Positions 24,701-39,700 of a stretch of 64,000 nt of DNA are shown piece by piece. This DNA is from Nemertoderma westbladi. Taxonomy: Eukaryota > Animalia > Xenacoelomorpha. Location: assembly GCA_032718475.1 (NCBI GenBank), contig JAUCBJ010002777.1, positions 64,794 through 128,793 of the forward strand. The letters are read 5' to 3'. Position numbers and translations under genes: made by a program. The notes below the pieces were generated by a model, which ran no database searches, had not been told where the DNA came from, and saw only the letters and a list, made by a program, of their open reading frames with translations. Position 1 is the first letter of the stretch. Each line of letters starts with the position of its first letter.

Positions 24701-27700
24701 GAGGCTTTATTTGCACTCACACAGATACTTTACTCTGCCCCCACTTCGAGGCTTTATTTGCACTCACACAGATACTTTACACTGAACCCCCTTCGATCGA
24801 GGCTTTATTTGCACTCACACAGATACTTTACACGAACCCCCTTCGATCGAGGCTTTATTTGCACTCACACAGATACTTTACACTGCCCCCCACTTCGAGG
24901 CTTTATTTGCACTCACACAGATACTTTACACGAACCCCCTTCGATCGAGGCTTTATTTGCACTCACACAGATACTTTACACTGCCCCCACTTCGAGGCTT
25001 TATTTGCACTCACACAGATACTTTACACTGCCCCCACTTCGAGGCTTTATTTACACTCACACAGATACTTTACACTGCCCCCACTTCGAGGCTTTATTTG
25101 CACTCACACAGATACTTTACACGAACCCCCTTCGATCGAGGCTTTATTTGCACTCACACAGATACTTTACACTGCCCCCACTTCGAGGCTTTATTTGCAC
25201 TCACACAGATACTTTACACTGCCCCCACTTCGAGGCTTTATTTACACTCACACAGATACTTTACACTGCCCCCACTTCGAGGCTTTATTTGCACTCACAC
25301 AGATACTTTACACGAACCCCCTTCGATCGAGGCTTTATTTGCACTCACACAGATACTTTACTCTGCCCCCACTTCGAGGCTTTATTTGCACTCACACAGA
25401 TACTTTACTCTGCCCCCACTTCGAGGCTTTATTTGCACTCACACAGATACTTTACACGAACCCCCTTCGATCGAGGCTTTATTTGCACTCACACAGATAC
25501 TTTACTCTGCCCCCACTTCGAGGCTTTATTTGCACTCACACAGATACTTTACACTGAACCCCCTTCGATCGAGGCTTTATTTGCACTCACACAGATACTT
25601 TACACGAACCCCCTTCGATCGAGGCTTTATTTGCACTCACACAGATACTTTACACTGCCCCCCACTTCGAGGCTTTATTTGCACTCACACAGATACTTTA
25701 CACGAACCCCCTTCGATCGAGGCTTTATTTGCACTCACACAGATACTTTACACTGCCCCCACTTCGAGGCTTTATTTGCACTCACACAGATACTTTACAC
25801 TGCCCCCACTTCGAGGCTTTATTTACACTCACACAGATACTTTACACTGCCCCCACTTCGAGGCTTTATTTGCACTCACACAGATACTTTACACGAACCC
25901 CCTTCGATCGAGGCTTTATTTGCACTCACACAGATACTTTACACTGCCCCCACTTCGTGGCTTTATTTGCACTCACACAGATACTTTACACTGCCCCCAC
26001 TTCGAGGCTTTATTTACACTCACACAGATACTTTACACTGCCCCCACTTCGAGGCTTTATTTGCACTCACACAGATACTTTACACGAACCCCCTTCGATC
26101 GAGGCTTTATTTGCACTCACACAGATACTTTACACTGCCCCCACTTCGATCGAGGCTTTATTTACACTCACACAGATACTTTACACTGCCCCCACTTCGA
26201 GGCTTTATTTGCACTCACACAGATACTTTACACGAACCCCCTTCGATCGAGGCTTTATTTGCACTCACACAGATACTTTACACGAACCCCCTTCGATCGA
26301 GGCTTTATTTGCACTCACACAGATACTTTACACTGCCCCCCACTTCGAGGCTTTATTTGCACTCACACAGATACTTTACTCTGCCCCCACTTCGAGGTTT
26401 TATTTGCACTCACACAGATACTTTACACGAACCCCCTTCGATCGAGGCTTTATTTGCACTCACACAGATACTTTACTCTGCCCCCCACTTCGAGGCTTTA
26501 TTTGCACTCACACAGATACTTTACACGAACCCCCTTCGATCGAGGCTTTATTTGCACTCACACAGATACTTTACTCTGCCCCCACTTCGAGGCTTTATTT
26601 GCACTCACACAGATACTTTACTCTGCCCCCACTTCGAGGTTTTATTTGCACTCACACAGATACTTTACACGAACCCCCTTCGATCGAGGCTTTATTTGCA
26701 CTCACACAGATACTTTCCCTTTCCCCACTTCGAGGCTTTATTTGCACTCACACAGATACTTTACACTGCCCCCACTTCGAGGCTTTATTTGCACTCACAC
26801 AGATACTTTACTCTGCCCCCACTTCGAGGTTTTATTTGCACTCACACAGATACTTTACACGAACCCCCTTCGATCGAGGCTTTATTTGCACTCACACAGA
26901 TACTTTACACTGCCCCCACTTCGAGGCTTTATTTGCACTCACACAGATACTTTACACGAACCCACTTCGATCGAGGCTTTATTTGCACTCACACAGATAC
27001 TTTACACGAACCCCCTTCGATCGAGGCTTTATTTGCACTCACACAGATACTTTACACTGCCCCCACTTCGAGACTTTATTTGCACTCACACAGATACTTT
27101 ACACGAACCCCCTTCGATCGAGGCTTTATTTGCACTCACACAGATACTTTACACTGCCCCCACTTCGAGGCTTTATTTGCACTCACACAGATACTTTACA
27201 CTGAACCCCCTTCGATCGAGGCTTTATTTGCACTCACACAGATACTTTACACTGCCCCCACTTCGAGGCTTTATTTGCACTCACACAGATACTTTACACT
27301 GAACCCCCTTCGATCGAGGCTTTATTTGCACTCACACAGATACTTTACACGAACCCCCTTCGATCGAGGCTTTATTTGCACTCACACAGATACTTTACAC
27401 TGAACCCCCTTCGATCGAGGCTTTATTTGCACTCACACAGATACTTTACACGAACCCCCTTCGATCGAGGCTTTATTTGCACTCACACAGATACTTTACA
27501 CTGAACCCCCTTCGATCGAGGCTTTATTTGCACTCACACAGATACTTTACACTGAACCCCCTTCGATCGAGGCTTTATTTGCACTCACACAGATACTTTA
27601 CACGAACCCCCTTCGAGGCTTTATTTGCACTCACACAGATACTTTACAAGAACCCCCTTCGATCGAGGCTTTATTTGCACTCACACAGATACTTTACACG

Positions 27701-30700
27701 AACCCCCTTCGATCGAGGCTTTATTTGCACTCACACAGATACTTTACACTGAACCCCCTTCGATCGAGGCTTTATTTGCACTCACACAGATACTTTACAC
27801 GAACCCCCTTCGATCGAGGCTTTATTTGCACTCACACAGATACTTTACACTGAACCCCCTTCGATCGAGGCTTTATTTGCACTCACACAGATACTTTACA
27901 CGAACCCCCTTCGATCGAGGCTTTATTTGCACTCACACAGATACTTTACACTGCCCCCCACTTCGAGGCTTTATTTGCACTCACACAGATACTTTACACG
28001 AACCCCCTTCGATCGAGGCTTTATTTGCACTCACACAGATACTTTACACTGCCCCCCACTTCGAGGCTTTATTTGCACTCACACAGATACTTTACACTGC
28101 CCTCACTTCGAGGCTTTATTTACACTCACACAGATACTTTACACGAACCCCCTTCGATCGAGGCTTTATTTGCACTCACACAGATACTTTACACTGAACC
28201 CACTTCGAGGCTTTATTTGCACTCACACAGATACTTTACACTGCCCCCACTTCGAGACTTTATTTGCACTCACACAGATACTTTACTCTGCCCCAACTTC
28301 GAGGCTTTATTTGCACTCACACAGATACTTTACACGAACCCCCTTCGATCGAGGCTTTATTTGCACTCACACAGATACTTTACACTGCCCTCACTTCGAG
28401 GCTTTATTTGCACTCACACAGATACTTTACACGAACCCCCTTCGATCGAGGCTTTATTTGCACTCACACAGATACTTTACACTGCCCCCACTTCGTGGCT
28501 TTATTTGCACTCACACAGATACTTTACACTGCCCCCACTTCGAGACTTTATTTGCACTCACACAGATACTTTACACTGCCCCCACTTCGAGGCTTTATTT
28601 GCACTCACACAGATACTTTACACGAACCCCCTTCGATCGAGGCTTTATTTGCACTCACACAGATACTTTACACTGCCCTCACTTCGTGGCTTTATTTGCA
28701 CTCACACAGATACTTTACACTGCCCCCACTTCGAGACTTTATTTGCACTCACACAGATACTTTACACTGCCCCCACTTCGAGGCTTTATTTGCACTCCCA
28801 CAGATACTTTACACTGCCCCCACTTCGAGGCTTTATTTGCACTCACACAGATACTTTACACGAACCCCCTTCGAGGCTTTATTTACACTCACACAGATAC
28901 TTTACACTGCCCCCACTTCGTGGCTTTATTTGCACTCACACAGATACTTTACACTGCCCCCACTTCGAGGCTTTATTTGCACTCCCACAGATACTTTACA
29001 CTGCCCCCACTTCGAGGCTTTATTTGCACTCACACAGATACTTTACACGAACCCCCTTCGAGGCTTTATTTACACTCACACAGATACTTTACACTGCCCC
29101 CACTTCGTGGCTTTATTTGCACTCACACAGATACTTTACACTGCCCCCACTTCGAGACTTTATTTGCACTCACACAGATACTTTACACTGCCCCCACTTC
29201 GAGGCTTTATTTGCACTCACACAGATACTTTACACGAACCCCCTTCGATCGAGGCTTTATTTGCACTCACACAGATACTTTACACTGCCCCCACTTCGTG
29301 GCTTTATTTGCACTCACACAGATACTTTACACTGCCCCCACTTCGAGACTTTATTTGCACTCACACAGATACTTTACACTGCCCCCACTTCGAGGCTTTA
29401 TTTGCACTCACACAGATACTTTACACGAACCCCCTTCGATCGAGGCTTTATTTGCACTCACACAGATACTTTACACTGCCCTCACTTCGTGGCTTTATTT
29501 GCACTCACACAGATACTTTACACTGCCCCCACTTCGAGACTTTATTTGCACTCACACAGATACTTTACACTGCCCCCACTTCGAGGCTTTATTTGCACTC
29601 ACACAGATACTTTACACGAACCCCCTTCGAGGCTTTATTTACACTCACACAGATACTTTACACTGCCCCCACTTCGTGGCTTTATTTGCACTCACACAGA
29701 TACTTTACACTGCCCCCACTTCGAGACTTTATTTGCACTCACACAGATACTTTACACTGCCCCCACTTCGAGGCTTTATTTGCACTCACACAGATACTTT
29801 ACACGAACCCCCTTCGAGGCTTTATTTACACTCACACAGATACTTTACACTGCCCCCACTTCGTGGCTTTATTTGCACTCACACAGATACTTTACACTGC
29901 CCCCACTTCGAGACTTTATTTGCACTCACACAGATACTTTACACTGCCCCCACTTCGAGACTTTATTTGCACTCACACAGATACTTTACACTGCCCCCAC
30001 TTCGAGGCTTTATTTGCACTCACACAGATACTTTACACGAACCCCCTTCGAGGCTTTATTTGCACTCACACAGATACTTTACACGAACCCCCTTCGAGGC
30101 TTTATTTACACTCACACAGATACTTTACACGAACCCACTTCGAGACTTTATTTGCACTCACACAGATACTTTACACTGCCCCCACTTCGAGGCTTTATTT
30201 GCACTCACACAGATACTTTACACGAACCCCCTTCGATCGAGGCTTTATTTGCACTCACACAGATACTTTACACTGCCCCACTTCGAGGCTTTATTTACAC
30301 TCACACAGATACTTTACACTGCCCCCACTTCGTGGCTTTATTTGCACTCACACAGATACTTTACACTGCCCCCACTTCGAGACTTTATTTGCACTCACAC
30401 AGATACTTTACACTGCCCCCACTTCGTGGCTTTATTTGCACTCACACAGATACTTTACACTGCCCCCACTTCGAGGCTTTATTTGCACTCACACAGATAC
30501 TTTACACGAACCCCCTTCGATCGAGGCTTTATTTGCACTCACACAGATACTTTACTCTGCCCCCACTTCGAGGTTTTATTTGCACTCACACAGATACTTT
30601 ACACTGCCCCCACTTCGAGGCTTTATTTGCACTCACACAGATACTTTACACGAACCCCCTTCGATCGAGGCTTTATTTGCACTCACACAGATACTTTACA

Positions 30701-33700
30701 CTGCCCCCACTTCGTGGCTTTATTTGCACTCACACAGATACTTTACACGAACCCCCTTCGATCGAGGCTTTATTTGCACTCACACAGATACTTTACTCTG
30801 CCCCCACTTCGAGGCTTTATTTGCACTCACACAGATACTTTACACGAACCCCCTTCGAGGCTTTATTTGCACTCACACAGATACTTTACACGAACCCCCT
30901 TCGATCGAGGCTTTATTTGCACTCACACAGATACTTTACACTGCCCCCACTTCGAGGCTTTATTTGCACTCACACAGATACTTTACACGAACCCCCTTCG
31001 ATCGAGGCTTTATTTGCACTCACACAGATACTTTACTCTGCCCCCACTTCGAGGTTTTATTTGCACTCACACAGATACTTTACACTGCCCCAACTTCGAG
31101 GCTTTATTTGCACTCACACAGATACTTTACACTGCCCCCACTTCGAGGCTTTATTTGCACTCACACAGATACTTTACACTGCCCCCACTTCGAGGCTTTA
31201 TTTGCACTCACACAGATACTTTACACTGCCCAAACTTCGAGGCTTTATTTGCACTCACACAGATACTTTACACGAACCCCCTTCGAGGCTTTATTTGCAC
31301 TCACACAGATACTTTACACTGCCCCCACTTCGAGACTTTATTTGCACTCACACAGATACTTTACACTGCCCCCACTTCGAGACTTTATTTGCACTCACAC
31401 AGATACTTTACACTGCCCAAACGTCGAGGCTTTATTTGCACTCACACAGATACTTTACACGAACCCCCTTCGAGGCTTTATTTGCACTCACACAGATACT
31501 TTACACTGCCCCCACTTCGAGACTTTATTTGCACTCACACAGATACTTTACACTGCCCCCACTTCGAGACTTTATTTGCACTCACACAGATACTTTACAC
31601 TGCCCCCACTTCGAGGCTTTATTTGCACTCACACAGATACTTTACACGAACCCCCTTCGATCGAGGCTTTATTTGCACTCACACAGATACTTTACACTGC
31701 CCCCACTTCGTGGCTTTATTTGCACTCACACAGATACTTTACACTGCCCCCACTTCGTGGCTTTATTTGCACTCACACAGATACTTTACACTGCCCCCAC
31801 TTCGTGGCTTTATTTGCACTCACACAGATACTTTACACTGCCCCCACTTCGTGGCTTTATTTGCACTCACACAGATACTTTACACTGCCCCCACTTCGAG
31901 ACTTTATTTGCACTCACACAGATACTTTACACTGCCCCCACTTCGTGGCTTTATTTGCACTCACACAGATACTTTACACTGCCCCCACTTCGAGGCTTTA
32001 TTTGCACTAACACAGATACTTTACACTGCCCCCACTTCGAGGCTTTATTTGCACTCACACAGATACTTTACACTGCCCCCACTTCGAGGCTTTATTTCCA
32101 CTCACACAGATACTTTACACTGCCCCCACTTCGAGGCTTTATTTACACTCACACAGATACTTTACACGAACCCCCTTCGATCGAGGCTTTATTTGCACTC
32201 ACACAGATACTTTACACTGCCCTCACTTCGAGGCTCTATTTGCACTCACACAGATACTTTACACTGCCCCCACTTCGAGGCTTTATTTGCACTCACACAG
32301 ATACTTTACACTGCCCCCACTTCGAGGCTTTATTTGCACTCACACAGATACTTTACACTGCCCCCACTTCGAGGCTTTATTTGCACTCACACAGATACTT
32401 TACACTGCCCAAACTTCGAGGCTTTATTTGCACTGACACAGATACTTTACACTGCCCCCACTTCGATCGAGACTTTATTTGCACTCACACAGATACTTTA
32501 CACGAACCCACTTCGATCGAGACTTTATTTGCACTCACACAGATACTTTACACGAACCCCCTTCGATCGAGGCTTTATTTGCACTCACACAGATACTTTA
32601 CACTGCCCCCACTTCGAGGCTTTATTTACACTCACACAGATACTTTACACTGCCCCCACTTCGTGGCTTTATTTGCACTCACACAGATACTTTACACTGC
32701 CCCCACTTCGTGGCTTTATTTGCACTCACACAGATACTTTACACGAACCCCCTTCGATCGAGGCTTTATTTGCACTCACACAGATACTTTACACTGCCCC
32801 CACTTCGAGGCTTTATTTGCACTCACACAGATACTTTACACTGCCCCCACTTCGAGGCTTTATTTGCACTCACACAGATACTTTACACTGCCCCCACTTC
32901 GAGGCTTTATTTGCACTCACACAGATACTTTACTCTGCCCCCACTTCGAGGCTTTATTTGCACTCACACAGATACTTTACACTGCCCAAACTTCGAGGCT
33001 TTATTTGCACTGACACAGATACTTTACACTGCCCCCACTTCGTGGCTTTATTTGCACTCACACAGATACTTTACACTGCCCCCACTTCGTGGCTTTATTT
33101 GCACTCACACAGATACTTTACACGAACCCCCTTCGATCGAGGCTTTATTTGCACTCACACAGATACTTTACACTGCCCCCACTTCGAGGCTTTATTTGCA
33201 CTCACACAGATACTTTACACTGCCCCCACTTCGAGGCTTTATTTGCACTCACACAGATACTTTACACTGCCCCCACTTCGAGGCTTTATTTGCACTCACA
33301 CAGATACTTTACACTGCCCCCACTTCGTGGCTTTATTTGCACTCACACAGATACTTTACACTGCCCCCACTTCGTGGCTTTATTTGCACTCACACAGATA
33401 CTTTACACGAACCCCCTTCGATCGAGGCTTTATTTGCACTCACACAGATACTTTACACTGCCCCCACTTCGAGGCTTTATTTGCACTCACACAGATACTT
33501 TACACTGCCCCCACTTCGAGGCTTTATTTGCACTCACACAGATACTTTACACTGCCCCCACTTCGAGGCTTTATTTGCACTCACACAGATACTTTACTCT
33601 GCCCCCACTTCGAGGCTTTATTTGCACTCACACAGATACTTTACACTGCCCAAACTTCGAGGCTTTATTTGCACTGACACAGATACTTTACACTGCCCCC

Positions 33701-36700
33701 ACTTCGATCGAGACTTTATTTGCACTCACACAGATACTTTACACGAACCCACTTCGATCGAGACTTTATTTGCACTCACACAGATACTTTCCCTTTCCCC
33801 CACTTCGTGGCTTTATTTGCACTCACACAGATACTTTACACTGCCCCCACTTCGAGGCTTTATTTGCACTCACACAGATACTTACTTTACTCTGCCCCCA
33901 CTTCGAGGCTTTATTTGCACTCACACAGATACTTTACACTGCCCCCACTTCGAGGCTTTATTTGCACTCACACAGATACTTTACACTGCCCCCACTTCGA
34001 GGCTTTATTTGCACTCACACAGATACTTTACTCTGCCCCCACTTCGAGGCTTTATTTGCACTCACACAGATACTTTACACTGCCCAAACTTCGAGGCTTT
34101 ATTTGCACTGACACAGATACTTTACACTGCCCCCACTTCGATCGAGACTTTATTTGCACTCACACAGATACTTTACACGAACCCCCTTCGATCGAGGCTT
34201 TATTTGCACTCACACAGATACTTTACACTGCCCCCACTTCGAGGCTTTATTTGCACTCACACAGATACTTTACACTGCCCCCACTTCGATCGAGACTTTA
34301 TTTGCACTCACACAGATACTTTACACGAACCCCCTTCGATCGAGGCTTTATTTGCACTCACACAGATACTTTCCCTTTCCCCCACTTCGTGGCTTTATTT
34401 GCACTCACACAGATACTTTACACTGCCCCCACTTCGAGGCTTTATTTGCACTCACACAGATACTTTACACTGCCCCCACTTCGAGGCTTTATTTGCACTC
34501 ACACAGATACTTTACACTGCCCCCACTTCGAGGCTTTATTTGCACTCACACAGATACTTTATACTGCCCCCACTTCGAGGCTTTATTTGCACTCACACAG
34601 ATACTTTACACTGCCCCCACTTCGAGGCTTTATTTGCACTCACACAGATACTTTACACTGCCCCCACTTCGAGGCTTTATTTGCACTCACACAGATACTT
34701 TACACTGCCCCCACTTCGAGGCTTTATTTGCACTCACACAGATACTTTACACGAACCCCCTTCGATCGAGGCTTTATTTGCACTCACACAGATACTTTAC
34801 ACTGCCCCCACTTCGAGACTTTATTTGCACTCACACAGATACTTTACTCTGCCCCCACTTCGAGACTTTATTTGCACTCACACAGATACTTTACACTGCC
34901 CCCACTTCGAGGCTTTATTTGCACTCACACAGATACTTTACACTGCCCCCACTTCGAGGCTTTATTTGCACTCACACAGATACTTTACACGAACCCCCTT
35001 CGATCGAGGCTTTATTTGCACTCACACAGATACTTTACACTGCCCCCACTTCGAGACTTTATTTGCACTCACACAGATACTTTACACGAACCCCCTTCGA
35101 TCGAGGCTTTATTTGCACTCACACAGATACTTTACACTGCCCCCACTTCGAGACTTTATTTGCACTCACACAGATACTTTACTCTGCCCCCACTTCGAGA
35201 CTTTATTTGCACTCACACAGACACTTTACACTGCCCCCACTTCGAGGCTTTATTTGCACTCACACAGATACTTTACACTGCCCCCACTTCGAGGCTTTAT
35301 TTGCACTCACACAGATACTTTACACTGCCCCCACTTCGAGACTTTATTTGCACTCACACAGATACTTTACACGAACCCCCTTCGATCGAGGCTTTATTTG
35401 CACTCACACAGATACTTTACACTGCCCCCACTTCGAGGCTTTATTTGCACTCACACAGATACTTTACACTGCCCCCACTTCGAGACTTTATTTGCACTCA
35501 CACAGATACTTTACACTGCCCCCACTTCGAGGCTTTATTTGCACTCACACAGATACTTTACACGAACCCCCTTCGATCGAGGCTTTATTTGCACTCACAC
35601 AGATACTTTACACTGCCCCCACTTCGAGACTTTATTTGCACTCACACAGATACTTTACTCTGCCCCCACTTCGAGGCTTTATTTGCACTCACACAGATAC
35701 TTTACACGAACCCCCTTCGATCGAGGCTTTATTTGCACTCACACAGATACTTTACACTGCCCCCACTTCGAGACTTTATTTGCACTCACACAGATACTTT
35801 ACACTGCCCCCACTTCGAGGCTTTATTTGCACTCACACAGATACTTTACACGAACCCCCTTCGATCGAGGCTTTATTTGCACTCACACAGATACTTTACA
35901 CTGCCCCCACTTCGAGGCTTTATTTGCACTCACACAGATACTTTACACTGCCCCCACTTCGAGACTTTATTTGCACTCACACAGATACTTTACTCTGCCC
36001 CCACTTCGAGGCTTTATTTGCACTCACACAGATACTTTACACGAACCCCCTTCGAGGCTTTATTTACACTCACACAGATACTTTACACTGCCCCCACTTC
36101 GAGGCTTTATTTGCACTCACACAGATACTTTACTCTGCCCCCACTTCGAGGCTTTATTTGCACTCACACAGATACTTTACACGAACCCCCTTCGAGGCTT
36201 TATTTACACTCACACAGATACTTTACACTGCCCCCACTTCGAGGCTTTATTTGCACTCACACAGATACTTTACTCTGCCCCCACTTCGAGACTTTATTTA
36301 CACTCACACAGATACTTTACACTGCCCCCACTTCGAGGCTTTATTTACACTCACACAGATACTTTACACGAACCCCCTTCGATCGAGGCTTTATTTGCAC
36401 TCACACAGATACTTTACACTGCCCCCACTTCGAGGTTTTATTTGCACTCACACAGATACTTTACACTGCCCCCACTTCGAGGCTTTATTTGCACTCACAC
36501 AGACACTTTACACTGCCCCCACTTCGAGGCTTTATTTGCACTCACACAGATACTTTACACTGCCCCCACTTCGAGGCTTTATTTGCACTCACACAGATAC
36601 TTTACTCTGCCCCCACTTCGAGACTTTATTTACACTCACACAGATACTTTACACTGCCCCCACTTCGAGGCTTTATTTACACTCACACAGATACTTTACA

Positions 36701-39700
36701 CGAACCCCCTTCGATCGAGGCTTTATTTGCACTCACACAGATACTTTACACTGCCCCCACTTCGAGGTTTTATTTGCACTCACACAGATACTTTACACTG
36801 CCCCCACTTCGAGGCTTTATTTGCACTCACACAGACACTTTACACTGCCCCCACTTCGAGGCTTTATTTGCACTCACACAGATACTTTACACTGCCCCCA
36901 CTTCGAGGCTTTATTTGCACTCACACAGATACTTTACTCTGCCCCCACTTCGAGGCTTTATTTGCACTCACACAGATACTTTACACTGCCCCAACTTCGA
37001 GGCTTTATTTGCACTCACACAGATACTTTACACTGCCCCCACTTCGAGACTTTATTTGCACTCACACAGATACTTTACACTGCCCCCACCTCGAGGCTTT
37101 ATTTGCACTCACACAGATACTTTACACTGCCCCCACTTCGAGGCTTTATTTGCACTCACACAGATACTTTACACTGCCCCCCACTTCGAGGCTTTATTTG
37201 CACTCACACAGATACTTTACACGAACCCCCTTCGATCGAGGCTTTATTTGCACTCACACAGATACTTTACACTGCCCCCACTTCGAGGCTTTATTTGCAC
37301 TCACACAGATACTTTACACTGCCCCCACTTCGAGGCTTTATTTGCACTCACACAGATACTTTACTCTGCCCCCACTTCGAGGCTTTATTTGCACTCACAC
37401 AGATACTTTACACTGCCCCCACTTCGAGACTTTATTTGCACTCACACAGATACTTTACACGAACCCCCTTCGATCGAGGCTTTATTTGCACTCACACAGA
37501 TACTTTACACTGCCCCCACTTCGAGGCTTTATTTGCACTCACACAGATACTTTACACTGCCCCCACTTCGAGGCTTTATTTGCACTCACACAGATACTTT
37601 ACACTGCCCCCACTTCGTGGCTTTATTTGCACTCACACAGACACTTTACACGAACCCCCTTCGATCGAGGCTTTATTTGCACTCACACAGATACTTTACA
37701 CGAACCCCCTTCGATCGAGGCTTTATTTGCACTCACACAGATACTTTACACTGCCCCCACTTCGAGGCTTTATTTGCACTCACACAGATACTTTACACTG
37801 CCCCCACTTCGAGGCTTTATTTGCACTCACACAGATACTTTACACTGCCCCCACTTCGTGGCTTTATTTGCACTCACACAGACACTTTACACGAACCCCC
37901 TTCGATCGAGGCTTTATTTGCACTCACACAGATACTTTACACGAACCCCCTTCGATCGAGGCTTTATTTGCACTCACACAGACACTTTACACGAACCCCC
38001 TTCGATCGAGGCTTTATTTGCACTCACACAGATACTTTACACGAACCCCCTTCGATCGAGGCTTTATTTGCACTCACACAGATACTTTACACTGAACCCA
38101 CTTCGAGGCTTTATTTGCACTCACACAGATACTTTACACTGCCCCCACTTCGAGACTTTATTTGCACTCACACAGATACTTTACTCTGCCCCAACTTCGA
38201 GGCTTTATTTGCACTCACACAGATACTTTACACGAACCCCCTTCGATCGAGGCTTTATTTGCACTCACACAGATACTTTACACTGCCCTCACTTCGAGGC
38301 TTTATTTGCACTCACACAGATACTTTACACGAACCCCCTTCGAGGCTTTATTTGCACTCACACAGATACTTTACACGAACCCCCTTCGATCGAGGCTTTA
38401 TTTGCACTCACACAGATACTTTACACTGCCCCCACTTCGAGGCTTTATTTGCACTCACACAGATACTTTACACGAACCCCCTTCGATCGAGGCTTTATTT
38501 GCACTCACACAGATACTTTACACTGCCCCCACTTCGAGGCTTTATTTGCACTCACACAGATACTTTACACGAACCCACTTCGATCGAGGCTTTATTTGCA
38601 CTCACACAGATACTTTACACGAACCCACTTCGATCGAGGCTTTATTTGCACTCACACAGATACTTTACACTGCCCCCACTTCGAGGCTTTATTTGCACTC
38701 ACACAGATACTTTACACGAACCCACTTCGATCGAGGCTTTATTTGCACTCACACAGATACTTTACACTGCCCCCACTTCGAGGCTTTATTTGCACTCACA
38801 CAGATACTTTACACGAACCCACTTCGATCGAGGCTTTATTTGCACTCACACAGATACTTTACACTGCCCTCACTTCGAGGCTTTATTTGCACTCACACAG
38901 ATACTTTACACGAACCCCCTTCGATCGAGGCTTTATTTGCACTCACACAGATACTTTACACTGCCCCCACTTCGAGGCTTTATTTGCACTCACACAGATA
39001 CTTTACACTGCCCCCACTTCGAGGCTTTATTTGCACTCACACAGATACTTTACACTGCCCTCACTTCGAGGCTTTATTTGCACTCACACAGATACTTTAC
39101 ACTGCCCCCACTTCGAGGCTTTATTTGCACTCACACAGATACTTTACACGAACCCACTTCGATCGAGGCTTTATTTGCACTCACACAGATACTTTACACT
39201 GCCCCCACTTCGAGGCTTTATTTGCACTCACACAGATACTTTACACTGCCCCCACTTCGAGGCTTTATTTGCACTCACACAGATACTTTACACTGCCCCC
39301 ACTTCGAGGCTTTATTTGCACTCACACAGATACTTTACACGAACCCCCTTCGAGGCTTTATTTGCACTCACACAGATACTTTACACGAACCCCCTTCGAT
39401 CGAGGCTTTATTTGCACTCACACAGATACTTTACACTGCCCCCACTTCGAGGCTTTATTTGCACTCACACAGATACTTTACACTGCCCCCACTTCGTGGC
39501 TTTATTTGCACTCACACAGATACTTTACACGAACCCCCTTCGATCGAGGCTTTATTTGCACTCACACAGATACTTTACACTGCCCCCACTTCGAGGCTTT
39601 ATTTGCACTCACACAGATACTTTACACTGCCCCCACTTCGAGGCTTTATTTGCACTCACACAGATACTTTACTCTGCCCCCACTTCGAGGCTTTATTTGC

